This document shows positions 20,501 to 29,136 of a stretch of DNA of 64,000 nucleotides, piece by piece. Positions within the stretch are counted from its first letter, which is position 1. Each line of letters starts with the position of its first letter. The DNA comes from an uncultured Pseudobdellovibrionaceae bacterium (GTDB lineage Bacteria > Bdellovibrionota > Bdellovibrionia > Bdellovibrionales > Bdellovibrionaceae). The notes below the pieces were generated by a model, which did not search any database, was not told where the DNA came from, and saw only the letters and a list, made by a program, of their open reading frames with translations. A program made the position numbers and the translations under genes. The stretch lies in NCBI GenBank assembly GCA_964655485.1, contig CAZZMS010000090.1, forward strand, positions 3,053 through 67,052, given 5' to 3'.

Positions 20501-21582
20501 ATTTGCGCTCCCTCCCGAATAACCATGTCTTCCTCACAAGACCACGCTTGCACCATCTGTTGATAGTTTTCGTTACCCGCAGTGCGAATTTGTTGCAACT
20601 CGTTTTGAATGTTAGAGATATCACTTTCAACTCGCTGAGACAGGGAATTCAATTGTTGAGTGGTTTGTTGGAGTTGCAGGGTGAGTACGATCACAGATTC
20701 CCTCAGCTCGTTGATGCGCGTGAGGTTCGAATTAGCAATGGCCCGGACGGCGTCAATATTCAACTGTAAGTCCTCACGAGTTTCACGAATTTTGTTGAGG
20801 AGCTCTGAGCGCAATTGAGCTAAGCCTTGCTCCATATCTCGGCGTAACGTAAGGATTTCCCTCTGTCTTGCATCGCGTTCAGCAGAGATTTGTTGGTTGA
20901 GGTCAGCGATTTGGGCCTGACGAGCACTGACTTCTTGATCAAGTCTTTGGCCTAATTGATTTAATCGCTGATCAAGTTCGGCACGAAGTTGGGGAATAAT
21001 TTGCTCCCGAACCTCGCGAAGTGAGTTCTGTAGAGCATTAACATCTTGGCGTAATTGCAGAACTTGTCTTTTGGTCTCTTCAAGATCAGCTCGAACTTCA
21101 CCAATATCTGATTTCAGGATAAGAAAATTATTCAAGTCCCGAGCGCGCGCCAACAGGTCAACGAGCTCCGTGTATTTTTTCAATACTTCGGGAGAGTTGC
21201 TGGCTAATCGTTGTTGAAATAAAAGATTTCTGATCTCTGTAACGTTTTGCGAGATGGCCTCAGCGATGGAGCGGATGGCTTGGCCGATCGTGACTTGATT
21301 GGAGGAGCCCGATATGGCGCCAACACTGTTAGCCGCACTGATTTGTGTGTCTAGCAAATGTTGGTAACGCGACAGGCTGTACGAAAGCTCTGCTTGAGTG
21401 GCCTCACCATTTTGTAGGCGTGTGAAAAGTTCATTTTCGGTAACATCCATGGCAGCAAAGGAAGACATATCCGAAGTGCCATTGATTGCCGATCGGCCAC
21501 AGTTTTGGTAGCTGAACGCGAGGCCCGCGACTGTCCCAAGTAGCCCGACGGTTTTTACAGCATTTCTCAAGCTTCTTTTCAT
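17590..21582 (-). CDS. giant (1330 aa) secreted coiled-coil lipoprotein with Cys-rich island and EF-hand/dockerin-like C-terminal Ca-binding repeats
   Basis: Signal peptide plus Cys (AFSYQNCG). Hundreds of residues of heptad-like Q/L/R/E sequence. Ten Cys fall within about 155 aa (approx 20085-20550). The C-terminus has DLNGNSRIDHGGEL, DENRDGEINEKD and DRNHNGVSEKDEL loops (approx 17760-18000). Confidence 0.7.
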   Translation of the reverse strand: MKRSLRNAVKTVGLLGTVAGLAFSYQNCGRSAINGTSDMSSFAAMDVTENELFTRLQNGEATQAELSYSLSRYQHLLDTQISAANSVGAISGSSNQVTIGQAIRSIAEAISQNVTEIRNLLFQQRLASNSPEVLKKYTELVDLLARARDLNNFLILKSDIGEVRADLEETKRQVLQLRQDVNALQNSLREVREQIIPQLRAELDQRLNQLGQRLDQEVSARQAQIADLNQQISAERDARQREILTLRRDMEQGLAQLRSELLNKIRETREDLQLNIDAVRAIANSNLTRINELRESVIVLTLQLQQTTQQLNSLSQRVESDISNIQNELQQIRTAGNENYQQMVQAWSCEEDMVIREGAQMFGVAQLPGLGVSVSEACVRSKEQVLYSVCVARYPTFCGACQGHTRPQDCSHWQNMSGKDRLEILLNMRQEIAINYLAKQSELHARAIYGGNQCRPECLTGLSDPNVQQILGLIQNQSQSSSNGSAANCPNEPWKHCGLYGVTYSLALNDVALATRINEVSGNLSRQIASLRADFEEEKRSVAQRFQLTEQELNQQINRLKQTTESRFMDIARSMAGLASASGQEIANQLSQRSAELAAVGAERAAKTDLLTNAIAAAMGYSVDLTRAQLADRHTELATLLARGIAVSSFDIITEVFKTLNPNQNNRPFYDVEFGQQVGPQCQVQVRQTPFTNIVGRDTHEILAIAYLRALVGGIRSSNAQNNSIFFNHQGVVSSNSFQQALLARIFDYRLDPAQQVNVACLNAIDQFARNMLLNDSRFAAHRTQLSQNATLERLASLLVKDAKDVFAKLGALHTLILASTASGRDTSDARLAEIVNRLVDLAVTERRHALLNNEVEDLIAIQRDLSIQNGFQNQFQAYLAQFRDNMAAMNTGLANVRTQLQNEIATRQQQNAAMANQINQLRDAMGYVAALAMTDPLASPELRQRVQAAANIDQNIHNLIQQINNSGRNQIEEPFTPRLLAVRHVTQGNATCFGTMNSVANLPNGNAFVGHWGITSGNNIWSDQCMFNFRQGSQHKDNVLYRIWGSAHKIEFKSTINASVVRTIDFRGPASNSFPIRRIVDGNHRQGVFDAQVPGILDPAVQRGYAYQEGIISLTPIYVANSGAETRGTAQTYSMTLYSPVVLDFVSRGLPQTISSTESMIQFDLAQLGFKQQIGWIKETEHVGLLALDLNGNSRIDHGGELFGEFMTLHRTGEYAPNGYAALAQYDENRDGEINEKDPIFSRLIVWFDRNHNGVSEKDELVSLSQAHVTRISVKYDELPASKQWNNGNQIRYQAKFYGPSTCPAQGCNSYDIYFGTAWKSQIPMALAK

Positions 21583-21816
21583 ACTCTCCCCCTTTTTAAG
21601 AAAGTAAAAAACTCTCCCTTGCTGTCAGATTACCATAGCTTTTTTATCGTAATGACAGTGTGCCTAAAAGTGTCTGAGTTTTGAACAAAATGAGTGAACT
21701 GGACTCGTCCATCGTGGGGTATTGTGCGGCTTTTGTATCAATCAAAGCCGATTTGCTCTTTGGTCTAGGTCAATAGACTTTTTGCTTAGATTGTTTTCAA
21801 CTTCGCCGATGACTGT

Positions 21817-22383
21817 ATGAGGGCGAGAAGTTTTATGTCGGCAGCGAAAGAACCCAAAAAACTTCTGAGTGTGTCGCGCGCTGAGATGGGGAAGGCGGAT
21901 ACATTACGCTATAACGTTAATTACTATCTCCTTCATGAAGAGTACGATCGCGCCGTAAACGAACTGGAAAATTATAAATCGAAAGAGTTCGATCTTCCAA
22001 AGTACAAAGAGAAAATTATTCCCTACTTAAATCATGCGATGGATTTAGTTCGTGCGATACAAGCAAAAAAGAGCCTGTTTGATAACCCCTCACTCACTCG
22101 ATCAAAGCTGCAAGAATTGCAGGATACCGTTCGCTCGCACTATGATGAGTTGCAAGCCATGTTTAAAAAAATGGATCAAATTCGCAATCAACTTCAAATG
22201 GAAGATGTGCGCTCGACCGTATGGGTGATCCAAGCTCTAGTTTATAGTGCAGTGGCTATCATCCTTGTCTTTCTCATCAAGGAAATGACGGAGGGCTTGG
22301 TTATGAGTTTCGATCTTGTGTGGACTCAGTGGACGAATGACATCGTTAACGACTTTTTTGACTGGGTGGATAATAGGTTTTAA
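21817..22383 (+). CDS. hypothetical protein with one C-proximal TM helix
   Basis: 188-aa ORF with a helical N-terminal part and TM segment VWVIQALVYSAVAIILVFLI. The 3' end overlaps the convergent ArsA-like gene by 38 nt. Start is uncertain. Confidence 0.45.
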   Translation: MRARSFMSAAKEPKKLLSVSRAEMGKADTLRYNVNYYLLHEEYDRAVNELENYKSKEFDLPKYKEKIIPYLNHAMDLVRAIQAKKSLFDNPSLTRSKLQELQDTVRSHYDELQAMFKKMDQIRNQLQMEDVRSTVWVIQALVYSAVAIILVFLIKEMTEGLVMSFDLVWTQWTNDIVNDFFDWVDNRF

Positions 22384-23428
22384 ACCAGTCGTTTTGTAAC
22401 CAGACCTTAGAAAGCTCCTGGACTTTGTCCCAATCGCTTGCGAAAGTCTGCGGAAATTCAGGAAACTCTATGACGGGTAAAGATTCCTGGAGATCTTGGA
22501 TTTGATGTCTAAGCTGCCGTTGCCTTAATTCAAAATAGCGTATCCATTGGGTTAAAACTTCTGGCGGTTCATTTGCACTTGCCATATTCTTCGGTAACCA
22601 TGCGGGCCACAAGCGATTGAACAAAACGCCGCCTAAGCTATTCCCACGCGTTTGTAATTGGCGAATCAAATCTAAAGATTCGCCCACTTTGTTGGGATAG
22701 GCAGAGCTTACGAGATAGAATTGGACTTGTGCTGAGGTCATTAATTCATCATAAGCTTGCAATCGCCGGCGGAGTTGGGTTTGCCAAAACTGGAGCTGAT
22801 CAAAAAAATCAGCCAGTTCTCCCATGAACTCACTGCCCGTCAGTAACTCAAGAGCTTTCAGCAAATGACGAGTTCCTAGTTGTACAAAATGACTTAAAAT
22901 AGTTTTTTTGGTCGTTTCGGGGCTGGTACTGAACCATTGGACAAAGCGCTCATCAAGCAGTCGACGTAGTTTTTGTGAGGCATTGAGGAAGTCCATGGCG
23001 TGACTTGCCGGAGGGGTATCTAAAACGATGAAGTCCCAGGTGCTTAGCTCGATTTCGCGATAGACTTTCTCCAGACTTGTAAACTCCTGAGATCCTGCAA
23101 GATCGGTGGAGAGCTTTTGATAGAGCCGATTGGCATAAAGCCGCTTCGCCTTAGACTCATCTTTGAGGCTGCGAGCCACAAATTCATCAAAGATCCATTT
23201 ACTATCAAGGAGGCTGGCCCAAAGCTCACCTTCAGAGTCCGTAGGGATCTTTTGATTTTGTCCATGTGGTCGAAGTCTCAAACTTGTTTTAAGACGTTGG
23301 GACGGATCAATGGTTACAACCAGAGTCTTGTAACCAGATCGAGCTAAGGCTAGAGCAAAGGATGCACTCAGAGATGTTTTTCCAACCCCGCCAGTACCAA
23401 GGAAAATACGCAATTGTGTGGATTTCAT
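22346..23428 (-). CDS. ArsA/Get3-family P-loop ATPase (single-domain, half-size)
   Basis: Deviant Walker A GTGGVGKTS, TIDPSQRL (DPAxxL-like), and switch II LDTPPASHAMDFL (DTAPTGH-like). ATGA overlap with the upstream paralog. Confidence 0.75.
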   Translation of the reverse strand: MKSTQLRIFLGTGGVGKTSLSASFALALARSGYKTLVVTIDPSQRLKTSLRLRPHGQNQKIPTDSEGELWASLLDSKWIFDEFVARSLKDESKAKRLYANRLYQKLSTDLAGSQEFTSLEKVYREIELSTWDFIVLDTPPASHAMDFLNASQKLRRLLDERFVQWFSTSPETTKKTILSHFVQLGTRHLLKALELLTGSEFMGELADFFDQLQFWQTQLRRRLQAYDELMTSAQVQFYLVSSAYPNKVGESLDLIRQLQTRGNSLGGVLFNRLWPAWLPKNMASANEPPEVLTQWIRYFELRQRQLRHQIQDLQESLPVIEFPEFPQTFASDWDKVQELSKVWLQNDWFKTYYPPSQKSR

Positions 23429-24348
23429 ATTCTTATAAAATAAGACTTTTCGCCACTCAGTTCCGATGGTGTGATATAAGGTTTAAGGAAATCTGTGATT
23501 TCTTCTAAATTTAAGCTAGGAATCCAAGGTAACTCGTAGAGAAAAGATCCAGATTCCCGAAGTTTTTGTGCGATTTGGATTTGCTGCTGATATTTGGCTT
23601 GCCAAGCGACACCTTGAGGGGAGTCTAAAACGTCGATCAAGTCTCTGGGATTGGGTATCAGTTGATTTAACCACAATCTCGTTTGTTGCTTTTGTACAAT
23701 GCTACCCAGATTTTCTTGAAGCTCCAAGCCCTCCTCAATCGACAACTCCTCGGGGAGGAAGACAAGATGATAGGTGGCGAGTTTAGGATTTTTGAGTACC
23801 TCCATGATCGCTAAACTTTGTTCTCTCATGGGACCACGTTTGAAAGTTTCGGCCATGGCGAGGGGAGCTTTCATGAGCGCTAAAAAGTGCCCACTGGCAA
23901 AGGCATCTATAACGATGACGTCGTAATCAAGCTTCGGGCCAACATTCCGCGGGGGACCAGAGGTTATTTTGCCCAATATGGCCAACTCTTTTAAGCTTGG
24001 AGCGGCATCAATCAAGGCTTGAGTCAGGTCATTTTCGAAAAATAGCTTGTGTAGGGAAGGGATTTTTATCAAGTGTAAGATGTATTCACTGAGTAGGTTT
24101 TTGGCATCCCAAATAGCGATGTCCAGACCAGGTAAAAGAAGTTCGGGAGAAAAGTGAACCTTGCGGTCTAGGGCTGAAGCAAAAAAACTTAACTCTCCTA
24201 GCTCGGCTAGCAGAGTTTTCTTTCCTTGAGCCGCAAAAGACTTGGCCAAGGCGAGAGCGAGGACCGACTTGCCTACGCCGCCTTTGCCGGTAACCAAATG
24301 AATCTGAATCACCCGAGTCAGTCTGAACCGGGGTAAAAAGTCTTGCAA
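23425..24348 (-). CDS. ArsA/Get3-family P-loop ATPase paralog (single-domain)
   Basis: VTGKGGVGKSV Walker A and IDAFASGHFLAL switch-II-like motif. Start is TTG at 24348 or GTG at 24312. Confidence 0.7.
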   Translation of the reverse strand: MQDFLPRFRLTRVIQIHLVTGKGGVGKSVLALALAKSFAAQGKKTLLAELGELSFFASALDRKVHFSPELLLPGLDIAIWDAKNLLSEYILHLIKIPSLHKLFFENDLTQALIDAAPSLKELAILGKITSGPPRNVGPKLDYDVIVIDAFASGHFLALMKAPLAMAETFKRGPMREQSLAIMEVLKNPKLATYHLVFLPEELSIEEGLELQENLGSIVQKQQTRLWLNQLIPNPRDLIDVLDSPQGVAWQAKYQQQIQIAQKLRESGSFLYELPWIPSLNLEEITDFLKPYITPSELSGEKSYFIRI

Positions 24349-24475
24349 GGGGAAAGTTTATTTGCTTAATTGAGGGGCCATTTCGACAAGCTTGGGGCAG
24401 GGCTTTCTGTAATCTGTCGGGGAACAGTACAGCTTGTCAGTTTGAGACTCATTCGTTGGGACAAAAGGGGGTGTT

Positions 24476-25849
24476 ATGGATCCATTAAACCAATCAGCAA
24501 CACAGGGTACTCAGTCGTCTTTATTCGCTGCTCAGATCGAGAGTTTGAGCTCTGTGCGCCGTAAGATGACAATCAAAGTCGAGGCAGAAGCTGTTAATAA
24601 GGCCTTTCTCAAGGAGGCCACGAAAATTCAGGCCAAGGCGAAATTGCGTGGGTTCCGCCCGGGAAAAGCTCCCCTAGAGTTTGTGCGAAAGAACTTTGCC
24701 ACAGCCATTCAGCAAGAAGCAACGAATTCTCTAGTGAGTGAGTACTTTCATCGCGCCCTTGTACAACACCAGGTGCCCATGATTGGAGAGCCTGAGTTTG
24801 AATTTAGTTGGCCTGTGGAAGGCTCTGCTTTTGAGTTTTCCGCGGAGTTCGAAGTTTATCCGGAAGTGAAAGTCCAAAAGTGGGAAGGTCTGAGCGGAGA
24901 AAGCATTGATATCAGCCTTACAGAAGCTGATGTGGATCAGTCTTTGGAAAGGCTGCGTGAGGCTGAGGCGAAATGGGAAACGGTGGAACGACAAGCGGCC
25001 TTGGGAGACCGATTAAAAATAAACTTTGTAGGGCGACTAGCTGATGCTGCTACTGAGGCTCGAGATCCGCGCCTGTCGGGCGAAGGTTTGGAGGTGGTAC
25101 TAGGTTCTGGTCAGTTGATTGATGGTTTTGAGAATGGGTTAGTTGGTGCCCTGACTGGTGAAAAACGTGTTTTAAGCCTTAAGTTTCCTGATCCTTACAC
25201 GGCCCAAGATTTAGCAGGTAAGGCGGTGACGTTTGAGGTGACTGTCACCCAAGTTGAGGCTAAAAAGCTACCGGAATTAAATGAGGAATTTGCTAAAATA
25301 TTCGGTAAGTCGACTGTGGAGGAACTCAGGGAGATGCTGCGAAAAGATTTGGCTCAGCGGCTTGAAAAAGATGCTAAAAAGCATCTAGAGGACACCTTGC
25401 TCAAATCCCTCATTCAAGCGAACCCTCTAGAGGTCCCCAATCATTTTGTAAACTTGCAAAAGAAACACCTTATTGAAAACTTCAAAAAAGACTATGCGTC
25501 TTATGGTTTCACCGAGTCCCAGTGGGAAGAATATATGGCTCGTTGGGATGAGGATTTATCTCGAATGGCAAAAGACATGGTTCACGCCGACTTATTGATC
25601 ATGGCTCTGGCTAAGGAAAAAGCTTGGGTGGCCGCTGAAGAGGACTTCCAACAAAGGATGCAGCAATACGCCGATCAAACCGGTATCGACAAGGAGCGAG
25701 TGATCTCTTTCTATTCTGATCCCGAGCGCAAAGAGGGGCTCATGTCCCAATTGACGCGTGAAAAAGTTCTGACTCGCGTCAAAGAGCAGGCAAAAATCAA
25801 GACACTCAGTCGTCAGGAATGGGAAAAGCGAAGCGCTGAAAAGACTTAA
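24476..25849 (+). CDS. tig: trigger factor
   Basis: N-terminal ribosome-binding GFRPGKAP motif, central FKBP-like segment (GDRLKINFVG...DGFENGLVG), and helical C-terminal domain. Confidence 0.85.
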   Translation: MDPLNQSATQGTQSSLFAAQIESLSSVRRKMTIKVEAEAVNKAFLKEATKIQAKAKLRGFRPGKAPLEFVRKNFATAIQQEATNSLVSEYFHRALVQHQVPMIGEPEFEFSWPVEGSAFEFSAEFEVYPEVKVQKWEGLSGESIDISLTEADVDQSLERLREAEAKWETVERQAALGDRLKINFVGRLADAATEARDPRLSGEGLEVVLGSGQLIDGFENGLVGALTGEKRVLSLKFPDPYTAQDLAGKAVTFEVTVTQVEAKKLPELNEEFAKIFGKSTVEELREMLRKDLAQRLEKDAKKHLEDTLLKSLIQANPLEVPNHFVNLQKKHLIENFKKDYASYGFTESQWEEYMARWDEDLSRMAKDMVHADLLIMALAKEKAWVAAEEDFQQRMQQYADQTGIDKERVISFYSDPERKEGLMSQLTREKVLTRVKEQAKIKTLSRQEWEKRSAEKT

Positions 25850-25893
25850 TTGTCTCGAAAATAGACCGGATCGTAGGATTGTAGATAAAAAAT

Positions 25894-25930
25894 AAAAAAC
25901 CCCCTAGCTGAAGTGCTTGGGGGTTTTTTA
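25894..25930. terminator. bidirectional Rho-independent terminator between tig and flagellin
   Basis: AAAAAACCCCCTAGC ... GCTTGGGGGTTTTTT: a GC-rich stem with one mismatch, flanked by an A-run and a T-run. Confidence 0.7.
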
Positions 25931-25964
25931 TTTCAAGGGGTTATGTTTGTTCTCTTACTCTCTA

Positions 25965-26798
25965 CTAGCCGATAAGCTTCAGGGCCATTTGATTCGATGC
26001 ATTCGCTTGAGCTAATGTAGAAGTTCCAGCTTGTAAGAGGATTTGATTTCTTACCATTTCTGAAGAAGCCATGGCCACATCCGTATCGCGAATACGAGAG
26101 TTGGCGGCACTAAGGTTTTCTTCTTGTACAGCTAAGTTATCAATCGTTGAAGTCAGGCGGTTTTGCAGAGCTCCCAAATTAGCTCGATACCCGTTGATAG
26201 TGTTTTGTGCCACATCCAAAGAGGCCAGAGCTTCCTGGGCTCCTTCCTTCGAGGTGTAGTCAAGACCATCTATTCCCAGGGCGTCCAAGGTGGCCACGTT
26301 TTCTGAGGAGTCGAAAGTGATACGATCCTCAGATTCGTTATTGAAAAGCCCCACTTGGAAGTCGAATTTGGGCGTGCTTCCATCCAAGAGGTTAGTTGTA
26401 CCCCATTTTGTGGTTTGAGCGATTCGGTTGATTTCGCTTTTTAATTGTTGCACTTCCTTGTTGATAAAATCTCTTTCTGTGCCGGAAACTGTATCAGAAG
26501 CGGCTTGAATCGCCAGTTCGCGCAAGCGGGTCACCATGTTACCAATTTCGTTGAGTCCACCCTCTGCCGTCTGAATCATGGAGATTCCATCATTGGCATT
26601 GCGGTTGGCTTGACGAGCTGAGCGAATTTGGGATTTTAAACGCTCAGAGATCGCAAGCCCGGCGGCATCGTCGGCAGCGATGTTGATTCGGGATCCACTG
26701 GCCAACTGCCCCATAGATTTATTCATCACTCGCTGAGCTCCAGCTAAGTTTCTTTGCGAGTTGATGGCGGCGATATTTGTGCTTACTCTCATTCCCAT
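25965..26798 (-). CDS. fliC: flagellin
   Basis: Conserved N-terminus MRVSTNIAAINSQRNL...SSGSRINIAADDAAGLAISE and C-terminus ...MVRNQILLQAGTSTLAQANASNQMALKLIG. AAGGAGG SD upstream. Confidence 0.9.
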   Translation of the reverse strand: MGMRVSTNIAAINSQRNLAGAQRVMNKSMGQLASGSRINIAADDAAGLAISERLKSQIRSARQANRNANDGISMIQTAEGGLNEIGNMVTRLRELAIQAASDTVSGTERDFINKEVQQLKSEINRIAQTTKWGTTNLLDGSTPKFDFQVGLFNNESEDRITFDSSENVATLDALGIDGLDYTSKEGAQEALASLDVAQNTINGYRANLGALQNRLTSTIDNLAVQEENLSAANSRIRDTDVAMASSEMVRNQILLQAGTSTLAQANASNQMALKLIG

Positions 26799-26968
26799 GT
26801 TGTCCTCCTTTTTTTGGGATTAGGTTAGTTTCAGCATCTGTCACCTCCTTGTTTGGATTTGCCTTGAGATTTTTCCATAAATCTCAGTGAATAAAATCGA
26901 CGCTGTGTCAAAAAGCCAACGGTGCTTTGGTCTAAGTTGGTTAAAAATTAGTCCTTGGTTTAGCGGCT

Positions 26969-28426
26969 TTGGTCTGGTTACCCATAGTGAGTTGGCTTGT
27001 GGGGCCCATGCGCTACACTAAAGTTATGGCAGAAGTTCGTGATGCCTCCAGGTTGCGTTCCTCTCCTTTGTCTGAGGTTTACTCGGAGCATGAGGATAGA
27101 AAAAAGAAACTTCAAGAGGCGCAAAAACAGGAGCTGGAGCAGCTTAGAAAAAAATATGGAAAGCAAATTGAGGAGCTCAAGCAACAGCAGGAGGCGGTGG
27201 TTAGTCACCTGAGCGAGAGGCAGAAAGACACTTTAGAAAAGTTGCAGACCCAATCGCAAAATCAGCAAATGGAAATGTATCGAAGGTTCAAGCAGAAGCA
27301 GCAGGAGCTACAACTGAGTGAGGCAGAGACTCACGAAAAAAACAAACAAAAGCTTGAGGCTCTCCGCTTGGAACAACAACACCAAATTCAGTCTGAAAAA
27401 GAGCGTCAGGCCGATCAGCTGCAGCGCTTACAGAATGAGGGGCAAAAAAAAATCTCGCAAGTGGAGAGCGAGCAAAAAAAACGGGAGCAACTTCTCCGGC
27501 AGCAACATCAAACCGAATTAGATCGTTTGAACTCGGGTTACTCTCAAAAAAAAGCAGAGCAATTACAAAGGCAGCAAAAGGAACTGGGGCAATTGCAGGT
27601 CAATTATCAAGACCAAAAAAAGCGTCTTGAGGAGAGGCAAACACAACTCATAGAAACTACAAAGCAAAACTATGAGTCCAAATTGGCCCACGAGCGGCAG
27701 CGCTTTGAAGCACAAAAAAATAAACTCAACAAAGATTATTCCGAGCAAATTCAGAGCTTGCAGCAAAGAGGGCAGAGTCTCTCCGAGACAGAGAGGCAAA
27801 AGCAAGAGCAGCGATTGAAGAGTATACGTGAGCAGTATGAGCGCGAAATAGAGCAGGCTCAAAAGGAACATCAGCAGAGAATCCAGCACCTCAGAGCTGA
27901 ACAAGAAAGGCAGTGGGAAGGTATACAAGCTACCCATCAAGCGACTTTGAAGAGATTACAACAGAATCACGACTCTCAGCTTAAAGGCTTGAGACAATAT
28001 CATCAAACGAGTCTCGAACACCAGAAGCAACAATTTGAAAAAGAGATGCAAAGACAGAAATTGCGTTTTGTGACCGACACGCAAAATATCGAAGCCAAGT
28101 TAGATGATCCCTTTTTCCAAATCCCTTCAGGACGTCTTCAGGTTTTTGAACAGCCGAATCACGTCGTGATTCAGGTCCGCATTCCTGCTCACGAGCGATC
28201 TGCCACGCGTATTAAAATAGATGATAAGGGTATTACGGTGATGGGCTCTAAAGAGTTCAAGGATGAGGTGAGGGAAGATCAAAAAACGATCAGCGCAGCG
28301 CAATTTCAGACGTTCAAAGAAAGTTACCCCTGGCCATCACACGTGGATTTGAGTCGTGTCAGGCGAGAGCGGGAAGGGGAAGTCGAGACGTTTATTATTC
28401 CAAAGCTCAGATCTAGTGGAGTCTGA
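26969..28426 (+). CDS. Q/E/K/R-rich coiled-coil protein with C-terminal Hsp20/alpha-crystallin-like domain
   Basis: About 380 aa of low-complexity helical sequence, then VFEQPNHVVIQVRIPAHERSATRIKIDDKGITVMGSK...FQTFKESYPWPSHVDLSRVRREREGEVETFIIPKL, which follows the ACD beta-sandwich pattern. Start is uncertain (TTG 26969, ATG 27008 or ATG 27026). Confidence 0.55.
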   Translation: MVWLPIVSWLVGPMRYTKVMAEVRDASRLRSSPLSEVYSEHEDRKKKLQEAQKQELEQLRKKYGKQIEELKQQQEAVVSHLSERQKDTLEKLQTQSQNQQMEMYRRFKQKQQELQLSEAETHEKNKQKLEALRLEQQHQIQSEKERQADQLQRLQNEGQKKISQVESEQKKREQLLRQQHQTELDRLNSGYSQKKAEQLQRQQKELGQLQVNYQDQKKRLEERQTQLIETTKQNYESKLAHERQRFEAQKNKLNKDYSEQIQSLQQRGQSLSETERQKQEQRLKSIREQYEREIEQAQKEHQQRIQHLRAEQERQWEGIQATHQATLKRLQQNHDSQLKGLRQYHQTSLEHQKQQFEKEMQRQKLRFVTDTQNIEAKLDDPFFQIPSGRLQVFEQPNHVVIQVRIPAHERSATRIKIDDKGITVMGSKEFKDEVREDQKTISAAQFQTFKESYPWPSHVDLSRVRREREGEVETFIIPKLRSSGV

Positions 28427-28844
28427 ACTTGGATGGATTATGAGCCATTTCGCTAATTTGATGTTCGCGTTGTCCCGAGTGCTCACCTGAGTTTTGACTT
28501 ATCTGATTCACGGCCTTCATCGCGGCGTTTTTTAGCTCCACCAATACGGGATCGAGACTTGAACCGACTTGAACGCTGGCGATTTCGATGTGCGGTGTAT
28601 GGATGTAAAGCCCAAGCGCCCACAGAGCTTCTTCTTTGTTATCCTGCCTGACTTGCTCAAAAGCCTCCTGTAGACTTTCAGGCCAATCTGCACCCATACC
28701 CTTAAGGTCTAAAAGGGCGACCATGCTTCCGGATGGTAGTTGGCTGCCGAGCTCGTGCAAAGTCTGATAGACAAAAGCTTTCTCCTCTCGACTCAGCTGA
28801 CTCATCAGTTTTTCGGCATTACGAATCAACTCCGGTTGAAGCAT
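28413..28844 (-). CDS. hypothetical cytoplasmic protein (143 aa)
   Basis: AAGGAGG SD immediately upstream of the ATG. No recognised motif. Its 3' end overlaps the convergent coiled-coil gene by 14 nt. Confidence 0.6.
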   Translation of the reverse strand: MLQPELIRNAEKLMSQLSREEKAFVYQTLHELGSQLPSGSMVALLDLKGMGADWPESLQEAFEQVRQDNKEEALWALGLYIHTPHIEIASVQVGSSLDPVLVELKNAAMKAVNQISQNSGEHSGQREHQISEMAHNPSKFRLH

Positions 28845-29136
28845 AAAGCCTCCTTGTTGAGAAATTATACTTTTAGTTTACAAGATGGGTGGGACAAGAG
28901 AAATGTCTAGTCGAAGGCAGTCGTCCAAATAGCTTTCTAAGACCTAAGAGGATAGTTTTGAGACATTTCATTGGAACAGAGATGACGTCAAGAGCCTAAG
29001 GCTCGATTTCGATTAAATTCGGAAAGGCGAAGGGGTACTTGAACAACTAGCCTAGGGGTAGTCGCCTTGGGCCAAGACGACTACCTAGCCTTGTGATCTA
29101 CTGAAAGTAATATTTTTAGAGGGATCTATTGAGAGA

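Noticed and set aside
26799-26968. Sigma-28 (TAAA-N15-GCCGATAA) promoter upstream of flagellin, and similarly upstream of the MCP gene (about 10060-10100)
   Set aside because: Only partial -10-like matches (GTCGATTT upstream of flagellin, GCTAATCA upstream of the MCP gene) were found, without a correctly spaced TAAA. This is not strong enough to annotate.
28845-29136. 292-bp gap downstream of rpsR as an ncRNA locus
   Set aside because: I found only an 11-12-bp hairpin with a one-nt bulge (29052-29088), without a U-tract, and a 15-codon ORF without an SD. The hairpin may simply be a weak rpsR terminator. The evidence is insufficient for a call.
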